In this document: positions 50,906 through 63,100 of the stretch, piece by piece
Layout of the letters: the number at the start of each line of letters is the position of its first letter
Numbering within the stretch: position 1 is the first letter of the stretch
DNA from: Dipteris shenzhenensis
Taxonomy: Eukaryota
DNA: 64,000 nucleotides
NCBI GenBank assembly: GCA_047967505.1
Contig: CM106538.1
Strand: one strand, 5' to 3'
Notes under the pieces: generated by a model
Told to the model about the DNA's origin: nothing
The model's input: only the letters and a program-made list of their open reading frames with translations
Databases searched by the model: none
Program-made: the position numbers and the translations under genes

Positions 50906-53900
50906 AGATCTGCCATGTCACGAAAGCCATGTCACCCTAAGGTCGAACCTTGGATGAAAAACGGGCGACGAAACTCTATGCAGCAGTCACGCGCCGTCGC
51001 GTTCACAGACTGGTGGTCTACTCTATCGTTCTCGAAGCGCCCGCTGCAGGGAATCAAAGAAGGTTGTTCAAAGCAGATATAGCTTCATCCGTCTACGCTT
51101 CATCGGCACCTTTCTCATAGCATTTGTTAGTTGTGCCGTCTGCGAGGAGTAGCCTTTAAAGGCATAGCTGTAGCGTGGCATCAACGCTGTACGTCGGGTG
51201 AATCCACACTAGTGCGGCACAACATTATTTTGTCAAAATCGTATTCCGCCAGTACTATCAGAAGTCCGTGTATTCTCTCAGCACCTGACGAATACTTTAC
51301 GCTCAAGACCGTCATCTCCAGGGAAAAAGATGAATCCGGCTCTGATACCAATACAACCGAAACTGAATTTAAAAACTGTCCACAGCTCTCCCTTCTCCAA
51401 AGCTCTCCCTCTCTCTGGACAAACACTAGGGCCCAGGACAAATTGTCGGGCTGGACCCCCCCGAAGGTCTTTATTACTTTCAGAAAAACTGTTACAAAAG
51501 TTCAGCAGGAAGCTGTCTCGTAAGTCTCTCTCATAAAACGTCAAAAGAACTCTCTTTCTTACAAGAGCTTCAAGCCCCATTCAAATTGGCAACATGCCAC
51601 TTGTCTAAAATCTAGACTAACTCTTATTACAAGCCACATAGGGCCATTCTGGAGTCTTCCAGGCTCTCGGTCACACGAACCGCTTCCTAGGTGCTTGTCA
51701 GGCTCCCATCTCGCTTAGGAAAATAATCCTTCCTAGTACCTGCAACAATTAATTAAAGCGCACCACCATGGTACCCATTAATTGTTAGCGCTTTGCATGC
51801 AAAATAACACACTGTGGACTAATCCTAGTCACGGTGGGCGTCCCCACTGAACACATGTGCACATCTAAACAAATATATATATATATATATAAATATATAT
51901 ATATTTTCTCTGGTTGACCGGAGTCAACACTCTTGATTATAATTAAAGAGCTTCGACCCAAGGTCAGGGCGCCTTAATTATAGCCAAGTCTCTCCAACCG
52001 AGGTTGGCACATCTTGGTTAACCGGTGTTAACCCCTCTTGGCGCATGCCAAGTCTTGTTGACCGAAGTCAACGCTCTCTGACCATAGTCAGGTTTACTTG
52101 ACTAGAGTCAAGTATCTTTGACCGTAGTCAATCCTTTGACCATTAAAATAACTCTTTGACCGTAATTAACACATATAAAACTCTTTAATTATGATCAAAT
52201 AAATGGTCAACTGTACTTTGACTTAGGATATTTACATTTGGTGACATAAGGCATCCAACAGCCTGCTGATAAAGAGTGATATCACATGGTGGGCTCCCAT
52301 CATGAGCTGAGAATTTGAAGCCAAGGTCCACTGGAGTAGAGAGATTGGCTTGCAATCCTCGAACTGAAAATGATCGAGGAGCTCTCCAATATACTTGGAC
52401 TGAGACATCATGATACCCCCCTCAACATGAGCAAACTGAATGCCCAAATAATAGTGGAGCTGTCCCATGTCTGACATTTCAAAAACCTGCTGCAAATCAG
52501 CCTTGAAAGCTGCAATATGCTGAGTATTTGGGCCCGTGATGAGCATATCATCCACATATAAAATCAGCACTAAAAAATCAGATCCACTCCCACGGACATA
52601 AAGAGTGGGTTTCTGTGGGGCTATTCTGAAAACCAAGAGATAGTAAGTGTGCATTAATTTTGGCATACCATGCCCTGGGTGCCTGCTTCAAACCATAAAG
52701 GGCTTTTTTAAGCCGGCATACCTTGTTTTCAGAATTAACAACCTCAAAGCCACGAGGTTGTGTGACATATACTTCTTCCTGCACATCCCCATGAAAAAAA
52801 GCAGTCTTGATGTCAAGTTGGTGCACTTGCCAATGATGATGGGCTGCAATGGCAATGACACATCTAATGGTAGTAATCCTGGATGTGGGAGCAAATGTCT
52901 CCTCAAAGTCAATGCCTTGTTGTTGGGCATATCCTTTTGCTACAAGATGGGCTTTGTATCGATCTATGCTGCCAGCAGATTTCCTTTTCAATTTGTAGAC
53001 CCACCAGGTACCAATGGCATGCTTGCCGGGAGGGAGATCTACTAATTCCCATGTGTCATTTTTAGGAATGGATTGTAACTCGGCTTTCATTGCATCCATC
53101 CACTCTTTGTTGTCAAAAGCATCTTTATGGCACAAAGGCTCTTCATTGCAAACTGTAGCAAGGAGTGCAAACTCAAGAAAGTGACCATGCATCTGTCTAT
53201 TCCCTGATCTTGTCCGGGCAGCAAAAGGCTGATCTTGTTTGCTGTCCCTCAATGTATCAAGAAGCCATCTGGGAACTTGCCTTTGGTGTCTATTGACAGC
53301 TCTTTCTTCAATTACTGCATCAGGAATACCGGGATCATTTTGTGCCAGAAGAAAAACCTGCAAATCAGCATGGGGTACTGGCTGATCATTGCTGGTTGGA
53401 GGGCCTGCAGGAGACTCATGTTGCTGGTCAAAGACCTCTTCTGAGGATGGTAGAGGTAACCAAGATTCAAAGGCATCAAACATGTCAACTTCTGCCTTAG
53501 CTTTGCAGTCCACAAGAGGAGAAGCTGAATGTTCAGCAAAGATTACATCTCTACTGACAATAATCCTCCTAGTATTTGGTTGGTATAACCGATACCCTCT
53601 GCTCTGCTGGCTGTAACCAATAAATATGCATTTGATTGCCTTGTCATCAAGCTTATGTCTCAGCTGAGATGGTACATGAACATTTGCACGAGACCCAAAA
53701 ACTCTCATGTGTGAAAGTGAAGGCTTCCTGCCTTTCCATGCTTCATAAGGTGTAACAGTCTTCAATGCCCGTGTAGGTGATCTATTCAGCACATAGTTGG
53801 CACACATTATTGCATCAAGCCAAAATTTATTGGGCAAAGACTTGGCCTTAAGCATGCATCTGGCCATCTCCATTGTGGACCTGTTTTTCCTTTCAGAAAC

Positions 53901-53935
53901 AGGATTCTGCTAAGGAGTGTAAGGAGTAGTGCATG

Positions 53936-54280
53936 AGTGAATAATGCCCCGTGAAGACATAAATGCTCAAACTCCTTTGACATATACTCTCCCCCCCTAT
54001 CTGTGTAGAGGGTGACAAGCTTGCATCCTGATTCATTCTCAACCATATTCAGCCACCTCTGAAAGCAGGAGAAAACTTCAGATTTCGCTTTTAAAGGATA
54101 TACCCTGCACTAGTGAATAATGCCCCGTGAAGACATAAATGCTCAAACTCCTTTGACATATACTCTCCCCCCCTACCTGTGTTAAGGGTGATAAGCTTGC
54201 ATCCTGATTCATTCTCAACCATATTCAGCAACCTCTGAAGCATGAGAAAACTTCAGATTTGGCTTTTAAAGGATATACCC
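53936..54280 (-). repeat. ~175-bp tandem duplication inside the Copia B integrase
   Basis: AGTGAATAATGCCCCGTGAAG..AAAGGATATACCC occurs at ~53936 and ~54112. Confidence 0.85.
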
Positions 54281-57200
54281 AGCAATATCTTGTGAAATCA
54301 TCAATGAGAGTCATGAAATATTTGTACTCCCCAATGGCATTTGTCCTCATTGGGCCACAGACATCACTATGCACTACCTGTAATTTCCTTTGTGAGAGTT
54401 TTGGACAATTCTTTTGAAAGGAAACCGATGCATCTTACCCAAAAGACAACCCTCACACACATGTTTGGAAACTGTGTGAGTTTGAGATACATCATTTGCC
54501 ATCAACTATGAATGTAGCTTTGCAAGAGCTCTATAATTGAGATGACCCATTCTCTCATGCCAAAGATGAGTTTCAGCAAGCTGTGAATCTGAAATAGCAA
54601 ATGCTTCAATAGAAAGTGCAGCTGAGTGATGATCAAGGTGATAAAGTCCCTTTTGCAAAGTATCAGTGAGACTTTTGGCATTGTCATCATGAAGATCATA
54701 AACTAGGAAACTGTAGCCATCAAAAACCACTCTGAAAACTGAAGTAGCAATTGCTGAAATTGAGATCAAGTTGACTTCAATTCCAGGCACAAAGAGAACA
54801 TTTGTCAAAGTGACAAGATGACTTGAAATAGATGTGACCTGCACATCTCCAATTCCTTTTACAGCATATGAAGCATTACTAGCACATGTGACAGTCCCCC
54901 CTTGAGGTGCATCAGCTAAAGAGTGAAACAACTGTCTGCAAGATGTGACATGCTTGGAAGCGCCACTATCAAAGTACTAGGACTGAGCATCATTAGCAAT
55001 AAAGAGTGCATCAACTTTGGAGGGATCAAATGAGCAATCGACAGTCCATGCCCAATCATCCTGGAGAGCATGTGCATGTGAAGCATCTGCTGGCTCATGG
55101 GATTCAATAGCATGTGAGGCATTAACTGTCAATCCTGCTTTCTTTTTCTCCGAAGCAATGCGCTTCCTGCATTTTGAAATGTCATGTCCAGGCTTGCAAC
55201 AATAGTTGCATCTTTTCTTCTTTGACTTATCTGCAGTATTTTTAGATGCATGGGAGGAATCGCAACTGCTATGCGCAGATTTAGGCTTGCCCATAGGCTT
55301 GGAAGCCTTGCCTCTTCCTGTCTGCTGTGAAGCAAATGCATGATCAGGAATAATGGCTTGTCTATTAGCTCGACTTTGCTCTTCCTGCAAAAGCAAAGTA
55401 ACTAGCTGATCAAAAGAATAGTGGTCTGGATTACCCATGGCCACTAATCGAAGGGTTGTAGCAAACCCTTGGTATGTATCTGGCAGTCCATTCAATGTGG
55501 TACTGACAAGCTGTGAATTTGACACCACCTCATCAATGTTGGCAAGTTGTTCCATGAGGTCCTTGACCTTTGTCAAGTATGCATCCATAGAGTCACCTTC
55601 ATTCATACTGACTTCCTATAATTGCCTTCTCAAATATGCAACACGAGCTTCATTGCGAATCTGATAGAGAGAAGCCAATTTATCCCAAGCATCCTTTGCT
55701 GTCCTGCAAGACCGGATGTGTGGAATAATGATTCTCTTGCATGATAAAGCAATACATGAATGTGCATTTGCATCTCTTGCATCCCATCTTGACTGTTCCT
55801 AAGTTGGAAGAGCAGCAGCAGGAGTGCTAGAAGATGAGGCATCAAGAGGAGTACCCCCTGCAGAGGGACCAACAATAGAGGCAACCACTGTAGCATTGGC
55901 TGGCCTCAGATCAACCCCAGAAATAATATTCCACAAATGCTTTGCAACAAGAATATGTTTAATGAGATAAGACCACATCGGATAGTTGGTGCCATCCAAC
56001 TTATCATCTCCATGAAGAACGCCAAATAGATCTTGATTGTTCCTAGCCATAGCAAATGTGATACCCTGAAAGAGACCTGAAAACCCAAAAGCCTCAAGGC
56101 TATCACTGCAAAAGCTGGCTGTCCAAAAACGACAGCAAATATCTGCAAATTTCAAACCGAAAACAAAGGGCAAATGTAGATCTGACCCAAATGTGACTGT
56201 CGCACGCAATGTTCACTGCAAGAAACAGCAAATCTGGCAAAAGCTCCAAAATTAATGAGGGCAAATAGGCCAAAAGGAGGTGAAATGCAGAAAAGCCCCA
56301 AATTTTGCTGAAATTTTTGCAAATGTGACCCAATGTATGATAATCTGACACAATGTATAGCCTCAAGGCTTGAAACTGCAAAAATATGAGTTACTGTCCC
56401 AAACACCAGTTGAAATTGAGCTCCCAACACAAAAGCCCCAAATTTTGTTGACCTAAGTGATGACGTGGCACAAGGTGACAGTCCTGAACCTGAAATTAAC
56501 TGAAACCTTCAATTTTTGGAAGGATTTCAGTTGTCAGTCAACCTTGTCCAAAGTATTGTATTGACGGGTTGAAGGTCCAGATGTCAAAAGCCCTAAATTT
56601 TCTGTTGGAAATTAGGGTTTGACAGTAAAAACTGTCAAAAAACAGTAAAAAATCAGCAAAGAAGCTTGTGGATAGCAAAAGATAGTTGAATCTCCTAGAA
56701 CAAGTTCTCAAATGCAAGTACACTCTTCCACGAGATGGGAGCAGCCAATAGAAGCTTCAAGGGAGTAGCTAGAGAGGAGACGCCTTCTGGAGAGAAGGTA
56801 AGTCGCCACCTTCTAGTGCCACTGAAGGTTGAAGCTCAAATCTGGTGAGAAATGGATCCCAAGTTAGTCATCCAGTTGAGAGGGCCACCTGTGAGTGTAC
56901 TGGAGCTGGATAAAGGGCTGTAGCAGCAGCTCGAGATGAAAAGGCAGCCAAATCAGCCTCGAACTGAGTGTAGAGCTGCAAGGCACCCTTGGAACAGCCT
57001 CTAGACAAGTCGCGACTAGTAGGCGCCTAGTGTAGAAGCAGTTCAAAGTAATTTCCAGCAATGAAAGGCCTTGAACTAACCATGAAGAGCTGATGTGGTC
57101 CACGAAAAAACTGGAGCAAGGTCCTAGAGCAGTCGCCTCAGCTTGGCACCAGCAATGAGGCACGTTTTGGTGACGAAAGAGCGCTGGAAGCCTGGGACAG

Positions 57201-58123
57201 CAGCTGGAGGAAGCGTACGGGATCCGTACGTATCTGTACGGACGTCCGTACAGGTGTACAAACAGTACGAAGCAGATCTGGGCTCTGATACCACTGAAGA
57301 GTCGCGTAGACAAAAGAGAGCACGTACAAGGTACAGGGGTCGATGAGAAACGCCGTCACGAGTTATCGCTGCGCTTTGTTAAACAACCTAGAACGAGATG
57401 CGCAGCTCCTGCGAGCTTCCCCCTCCCCCTCCGTACCTCTACCTCCCCTAGCCCTCCTCCTCCTCGCCTCGACCTCACCTCCCCCTCACCCGCTGCCGCT
57501 GCGCCCTCCCTCGCCATCCCCGCTCACCTCCGCCTCACCCCCCCTCGCACCTCCACTCACCCTCCTCGCAACCCCGCCTCACCCCACCCTCACCCCCTCA
57601 CCCCGCCTCACCCCCCCGCCTCGCTCCGCCCCCCCTCGCCACGCTCACCCCCCCTGCTCCGTCTCCTCTCCCCTTGCCCTTCCGCTCCACCCCTCCCCGC
57701 TTTCGCTCCGCTCACCCCCCGCCTCCCGCTATGCCCACCCGCCCCTCGCCTCCCGCCCCCGCCCCCTTTCGCCTCTCCGCCCCTCCATTTCACCCCCGTC
57801 TCCCCCTCCCGCTCTCCGCCCCCGCCCCCCCCGCCCCTTCGCTCCACCCCGCCCCTTCATCCCACCCCTTCCCCCGCCCCTCGCCCACCTCTCGCCCCAC
57901 TCCGCCTCTCCCCCGCCCCCGCTTCCGTTCCCGCCTCCTCTCCACCGCCCCCACTCCTCCACTCCGCGCCATCTCCGCTTCCTGCCCCCCCATCCCGCTT
58001 CCTCCGCCCTCCGCCCTCCATCCTTCCGCCACACCCAGGCTCCACCCTCCCGCATCTACCCCCCCCCCTTTTTTGGGTGGCAGCCTCTTCCTCATCGGAA
58101 GCCTCGCAGTTTGTCTTGGCGGT

Positions 58124-60153
58124 ATGGCGGCTCCCTGCCCGGAACCGGAGGCCCAGACGGAGCCTCCCTCTCCAGATGCCTACCGCGTCATCCTGACAGA
58201 GCAACAATCATCTCGGGTTCAAGAGGTTGCCAATAACTTTGCCCTTACCTCTGTTTATGGCAGAGTCATTGGACATTCCCCCTCCAGATCAGCCATCAGG
58301 GACTGGCTCCAGTCCACTCTCATGCTAGAGGACGGCCATATTGAGGAGGTGGCCCTTATGGGAAGGGGCATCTTCTGGCTCAAACTCTCCAACACGAAAG
58401 CTGCGAGCAACCTGATTGCTGGCTCCCCCACGACAGTGGATGGAAAGATTATCATGATAGTCTCGTGGTACCGCGGATTTAGCGCAGCGGATTTTGATGC
58501 TCGGTTCCGTATACCTCGTCATCCAGTGACGCTAGTTTTTCCATGTCTTGCTGCTTCGATTGTCAGGGACCTGGGCTCCCACTTTGGCTGGGTTATGCAC
58601 GATACTTTCGCCGATGCGGTGACTACGGCAGGAGCCCCCGAGTCCGTGTGGCTGTGGCGGATCCTGCGACTCTCCCGACAGTGATCGAGATCGTGACAGA
58701 TGCCGGCAGCATCACCCAGAGCATGGTAGTCACCGGACAGCCAGGGCAGTTTCTGAGGTGTCACGGCTTTGGGCACCTGGCGGCTGTTTGTCCACGCTTC
58801 GCCAGCTCTTCTCGGCCCCCCCCGCCCCCCCCTCTCCGCCCCCGCCCCCCCCTCCGGGCAGCCACGCCAGGAGGAGCAGAGGCAGCCGGAGCCCGGACCA
58901 GAGTTAGCTGGCGGCTGGACTGAGGTTAGAAGGAAAAGAGGAAAGAACAAGAAGATTTATGATAAAGGCAAAGAGGCTGAGGTTACCCAACCTGCAGCTG
59001 CACCTCAGAGACCCGACAGGCAGTCACCCCAGGGACCTGGGAGAGCATCTTCTTCGACGGTAGCCCGCCCTCCACAGCCTCAGGTCCCCCTCTCCTCCTC
59101 TCCCCAGCCTCTTCCCATTCAGCCCCAGGCCACCCCCCATCTGCACCCCATTTCTCCCGACCCACAGCTTCAGCCCCCTCCTCGTCCTCCTCAGTCTTCT
59201 CCCCCTCCTTCTCAGCCCCAGTTCCAGATGCATCCCCATCCCTCCCCCCCCCCCGCCTCTTTCAGCTCTCCCGCAGAGCTAGTTGCACCGACGGTTCCTC
59301 AGCCGAGGGCAGCCCCCGCTCCCCCTCCTCCTCCTCCGCTAGTCGCCCCTGAGGAGTCTGAGTTGCCTATTCCCCAGCCTCCTCCCCCTCCCCCTCCGCT
59401 GGCAGGACACCCTGAGTCTACACCTTCACCGGAGCAGGCTTCTCTGTCCGCTAGCCCCTCAGTGGCAGACTCTGACGGGCCTCAGCTTCAGGAGAGAGAG
59501 CTCCCCCGCGACTTTTACAGATCTGGCCCCTGGGACTACTTGGATATGGCCGACCTCGGGACTTTCCCTGCTTGCCTCGACATCAGTATCTTCCTGCTCC
59601 GCAAAGGGGCGGATGGGAAGATAGCCGCCTTGGCCCCCAGGGATGGCCCTAGCTTTGCTTTCACGTTCCTTAGCGAGGGCACCGAGACCTGGACAGACGA
59701 CTCGGTCTAGGAGGCTCTCAAGGAGCAGACACATGCTCAGGTTTGCTCCAAGATAGGCCCGTCCGGTGGGCAGCTTCTCGAGACTCAGTGGTCCGAGGGT
59801 GACGTGCGCCTGCGGTGGCGTTGCGCCGCCAAACGCTTCAGACTGATTGTGATCCTCAGGCCCCCCTGTCTTGGCCCCTCCCCCAAGATGTCAGAGCCTG
59901 GACCCCTCAGAAACTCCGCGCTTTCTACGGCATGTCCACCTCAGAGATCTCGAGCTGGCTCGAGAAAGCTTTCGTTCATGGTACCAAAGGCCTCTCGCCT
60001 TTGCTGAAGGTGTTGAAGGACGGGCAGGATGACCCCGCCTCCCCCTCCAAACCTTCCCATAAGCGTCAGCGCCTCCACTCCGAAATGTCAGCTTCTTCTT
60101 CGACTTCGACCGCGAGCAGACAGTTGTTCGCAGCCTCCCAGTCCTCACCATGA
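58124..60153 (+). pseudogene. LINE ORF1 (DUF4283-like region, zinc-knuckle remnant, Pro-rich linker); frameshifted
   Basis: VYGRVIG..MGRGIFWLKL..GSP..W; knuckle remnant RCHGFGHLAAVC; final stop overlaps the ORF2 start (ATGA at 60150-60153). Confidence 0.75.
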
Positions 60154-63100
60154 GCCTACACCTCGTTTCCTGGAATGTGAACGGGTTTCACTCTTCTGGA
60201 ACCCGTGGTCCTAGGAAGCTCATTTTGAGACAGGAACTTCAGCCAGCAGTGATTGGTCGTTTGGATGTACTTCTGCTCCAGGAGCACAAGCTTTCAACGG
60301 CTCACTCCCGTAGATGCGGGAAGATTCTCCCTGGACGTTCTCACACTTATTGGGAGCCCTCGATCGGCGCACTGGGGAGTGGTGGTGGTGTCTGTACCTC
60401 CGTGGGCGAGCAGCTAGCCCAGGGAGTTTTCGGTCATGGCACGCTGATACCAGGCCGTGCCCTTTGGGTAGGCCTGGCACTGGAGGGATCCAGAGTTGGA
60501 GTACCTCAACATTTATGCTCCCACAGATCTCCGTTGTAGAGCCACCTTCTGGAGGACACTTACAGGGATTCTCCCAGACATGGATTCCTGGATTGTTGGA
60601 GGTGACTTCAACAATCTGGAGACCTTGGAGGACCAGCAGGGCAGAGGACCGGAGTTTACAGGTATGTCTCAGGCAGAGCAGTCAGCTTGGGACTCTTTTA
60701 TCTTTGCGACAGGAGGAAGGGACAGTTGGCGAGACACGTCCTTCCGACGTTGGCACGGGAGCTTGGACTTCTCGTGGGGCTTCCGCAGGGAAGGAGGTAG
60801 ACTCCTGGAGAGGCTGGACAGATTTTATGTTAGTGATTGGGCCATCGGCAGAGGCGGTCAGGCGGGTATAGTTCCAGGGACGACACTGTCCGACCATGCG
60901 CCTGTGTTCTTATCATTAGATTCGGCAGCTCAGACCCTTCCCCCCCGCTCATGCCGGATTCCTGACTCCATTTTCTCGAGGGAGGATGTGCGCAGCAGTA
61001 TATGCAGTCTTTGGGACAGAGACTGGGGCGAGTGCGTGGATCTGGTTGGCTCGGTGGCGCAGGCTTTGCAGGAGTCCAGCCAGATCTGCCAGCTCGCAGC
61101 CCTACAGGTTCGACAGGATTGGTGGGGCAGAGAGAGAGCTCTTCGGAGGGACCTCGCCTCCATTCAGCGACTCCAGCAGGCTTCCCCGGGCTCGGAGGAG
61201 CTTCGGATCCAGGCCCTTCGAGCCAGAGCCCTTCTGGAGGAGACACTCCAGCGTCGCTCAGAGTTTTCCTATCACGCCTCTCTCTCCTTTTGGGCCCGGA
61301 AGGGTGACCGGATGTGCAGGGAGTTCTTCAGGACGCATGGCCAGAGAGCTGCAGGTGATCAGCTTCGGAGTCTCAGGACAGCGGATGGACACATCGTTAC
61401 GGATCCGGAAGAGGTCTTGGGGTTGGCCACTGACTTCTACAGGACCCTTTTCCAGCAGGAGCCGCTTGCCCCTCGTACTCGACGTGCCCGAGAGGAGGTG
61501 TGGAGGCACACTCCATCCCTGGTCCAGCCTAGCATGCAGGCGACGTTGTTGGCACCGTTCACCACGGATGAGATGCTGGAGGCCTTGATGGCCATCGATG
61601 GACAGAAATGCCCAGGTGAGGATGGGCTATCCCGGGCATTCTTCACCTCCTTCTGGGACCAGATCCATCAGCCCCTCCTTGCAGCTCCGCAGAGGATTTT
61701 CAGCAGCGGTCATATGCCAGAGAGCCTTTCCTCGGGACTGATTTGCCTCATCCCGAAGGGAGGAGATAGACAGGAGATCCGTCAGTGGCGCCCGATCACT
61801 CTCCTTACCACTGCCTACAAAATCCTCGCCAAGATGATCAGCGCCAGAGTTCGGCCTCTACTCCCAGACCTTATCCATGACACTCAGACAGGCTTTGTCC
61901 AGGATCGCAGTATCCTGGATAATGTCTTCACCTTTTCAGAGGCGGCGGAGTGGGCTCAGCACAGCGGATCACACCTTGCCATTCTACTTCTCGACTTTGA
62001 GAAGGCCTACGATCGAGTGGACTGGTCCTTTTTGGAGGGGACTCTGAAGCGGCTAGGTTTCCCAGCAGGTTGGATTCAGGGTATCTCAGCTTTGTACAGG
62101 ACAGCTTCTAGCACGGTCATCATTGGAGGCAGGATGGGTGAGCGTTTTAGCTTGGAGAGATCAGTGCGTCAGGGCTGCCCCCTTGCTCCTTACCTGTTTC
62201 TCTTCTTCGCCGAGGCTATGACTTACTACCTTCGGGCGAGGTCTACAGGGATCAGGGGTGTTCGCCTTCCACTCCGGGAGGACACGGAGCTTTTGGACTC
62301 GGAGTACGCAGATGATACAGCCCTGTATGTCCAGGACGATGAGAGGATGCTGGAGAGGGTGCGGATGGCCCTGGAGGTCTTCTGCTCGGCCGCTGGTGTG
62401 AAAATCAACTGGAACAAATCAGTTGGTTTTCTCACAGACCCCTGGGCGTGTTCTCAGTGGGGGAGGTTTTTGGGTTTCAGATGGATCCCACGGGGACAGA
62501 CAGCTAGATACCTTGGTTTTCAGGTTGGCCTGGACATCACGCCAGCTCAGCAGTTTCTCCCGGTGCTAGACTCCATCCAACGGAAGCAGGCTTTCTGGAG
62601 CACTGCTAAGCTTTCCCTTGCAAGTCGTGCCCTGGTAGTTAACCAGGTCCTCCTAGCCACGGCTTGGTATGTGGCTTCCTGTTGGTGTTTCTCGAGATCC
62701 AGCGTGGCACAGCTCAGGAGGCTGGTTCGGAACTTCCTTTGGTCCGGGGAGGATGGCCTCAGAGATACCAGAGCCAGGGTTGCTTGGCAGACAGTCATTC
62801 TTCCGCAGGCTGAGGGTGGCCTGGGGGTCATCGATCCAGAGCTTCAGAGTCAGGCCTTGTTAGGCAAGCTTGTCATCCGCGGTTTGACCCCGGGGGGGCA
62901 GACGTGGAAGATGCTACTTCAACAGGGGGTTGGTTCTTGTGTCCCGCGCCGAGGTGGAGAGTGGCTACCGTCCCTCAGGTGGATCTTCACTTCCGCCCCG
63001 CTCACTCAGCCCCGTTCCCCACTCGTTCGTAGCCTCCTCATGGTTTGGAGGCGGCTCCGCCTCAGTCTCATTCAGTCCCCTCCTAGCTGTCAGGAGGAGA

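Larger units (their letters stand above)
44535..52246 (-). mobile_element. Full-length young Ty3/Gypsy chromovirus (7,712 bp)
   Basis: 895-bp LTRs at 44535-45429 and 51352-52246, identical by eye; TSD TAAGG; PBS at 51339-51350. The Copia B RT reading frame (AVGCL|IYLCHT) is continuous across the insertion. Confidence 0.95.
43468..57360 (-). mobile_element. Copia element B (gag, protease, integrase, RT, RNase H; degenerate), split by a chromovirus, with its 5' LTR cut by a LINE
   Basis: 3' LTR at 43468-43760 with adjacent PPT; matching LTR segment at 57295-57360; PBS at 57282-57293; gag from ~56050; DSGASKH protease; TDRGGEY integrase; YVDDML RT; TDSDWAG RNase H. Confidence 0.9.

Noticed and set aside
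57343-58236. Pro-rich and Gly/Arg-rich ORFs
   Set aside because: They are by-products of the C-rich LINE 5' UTR.
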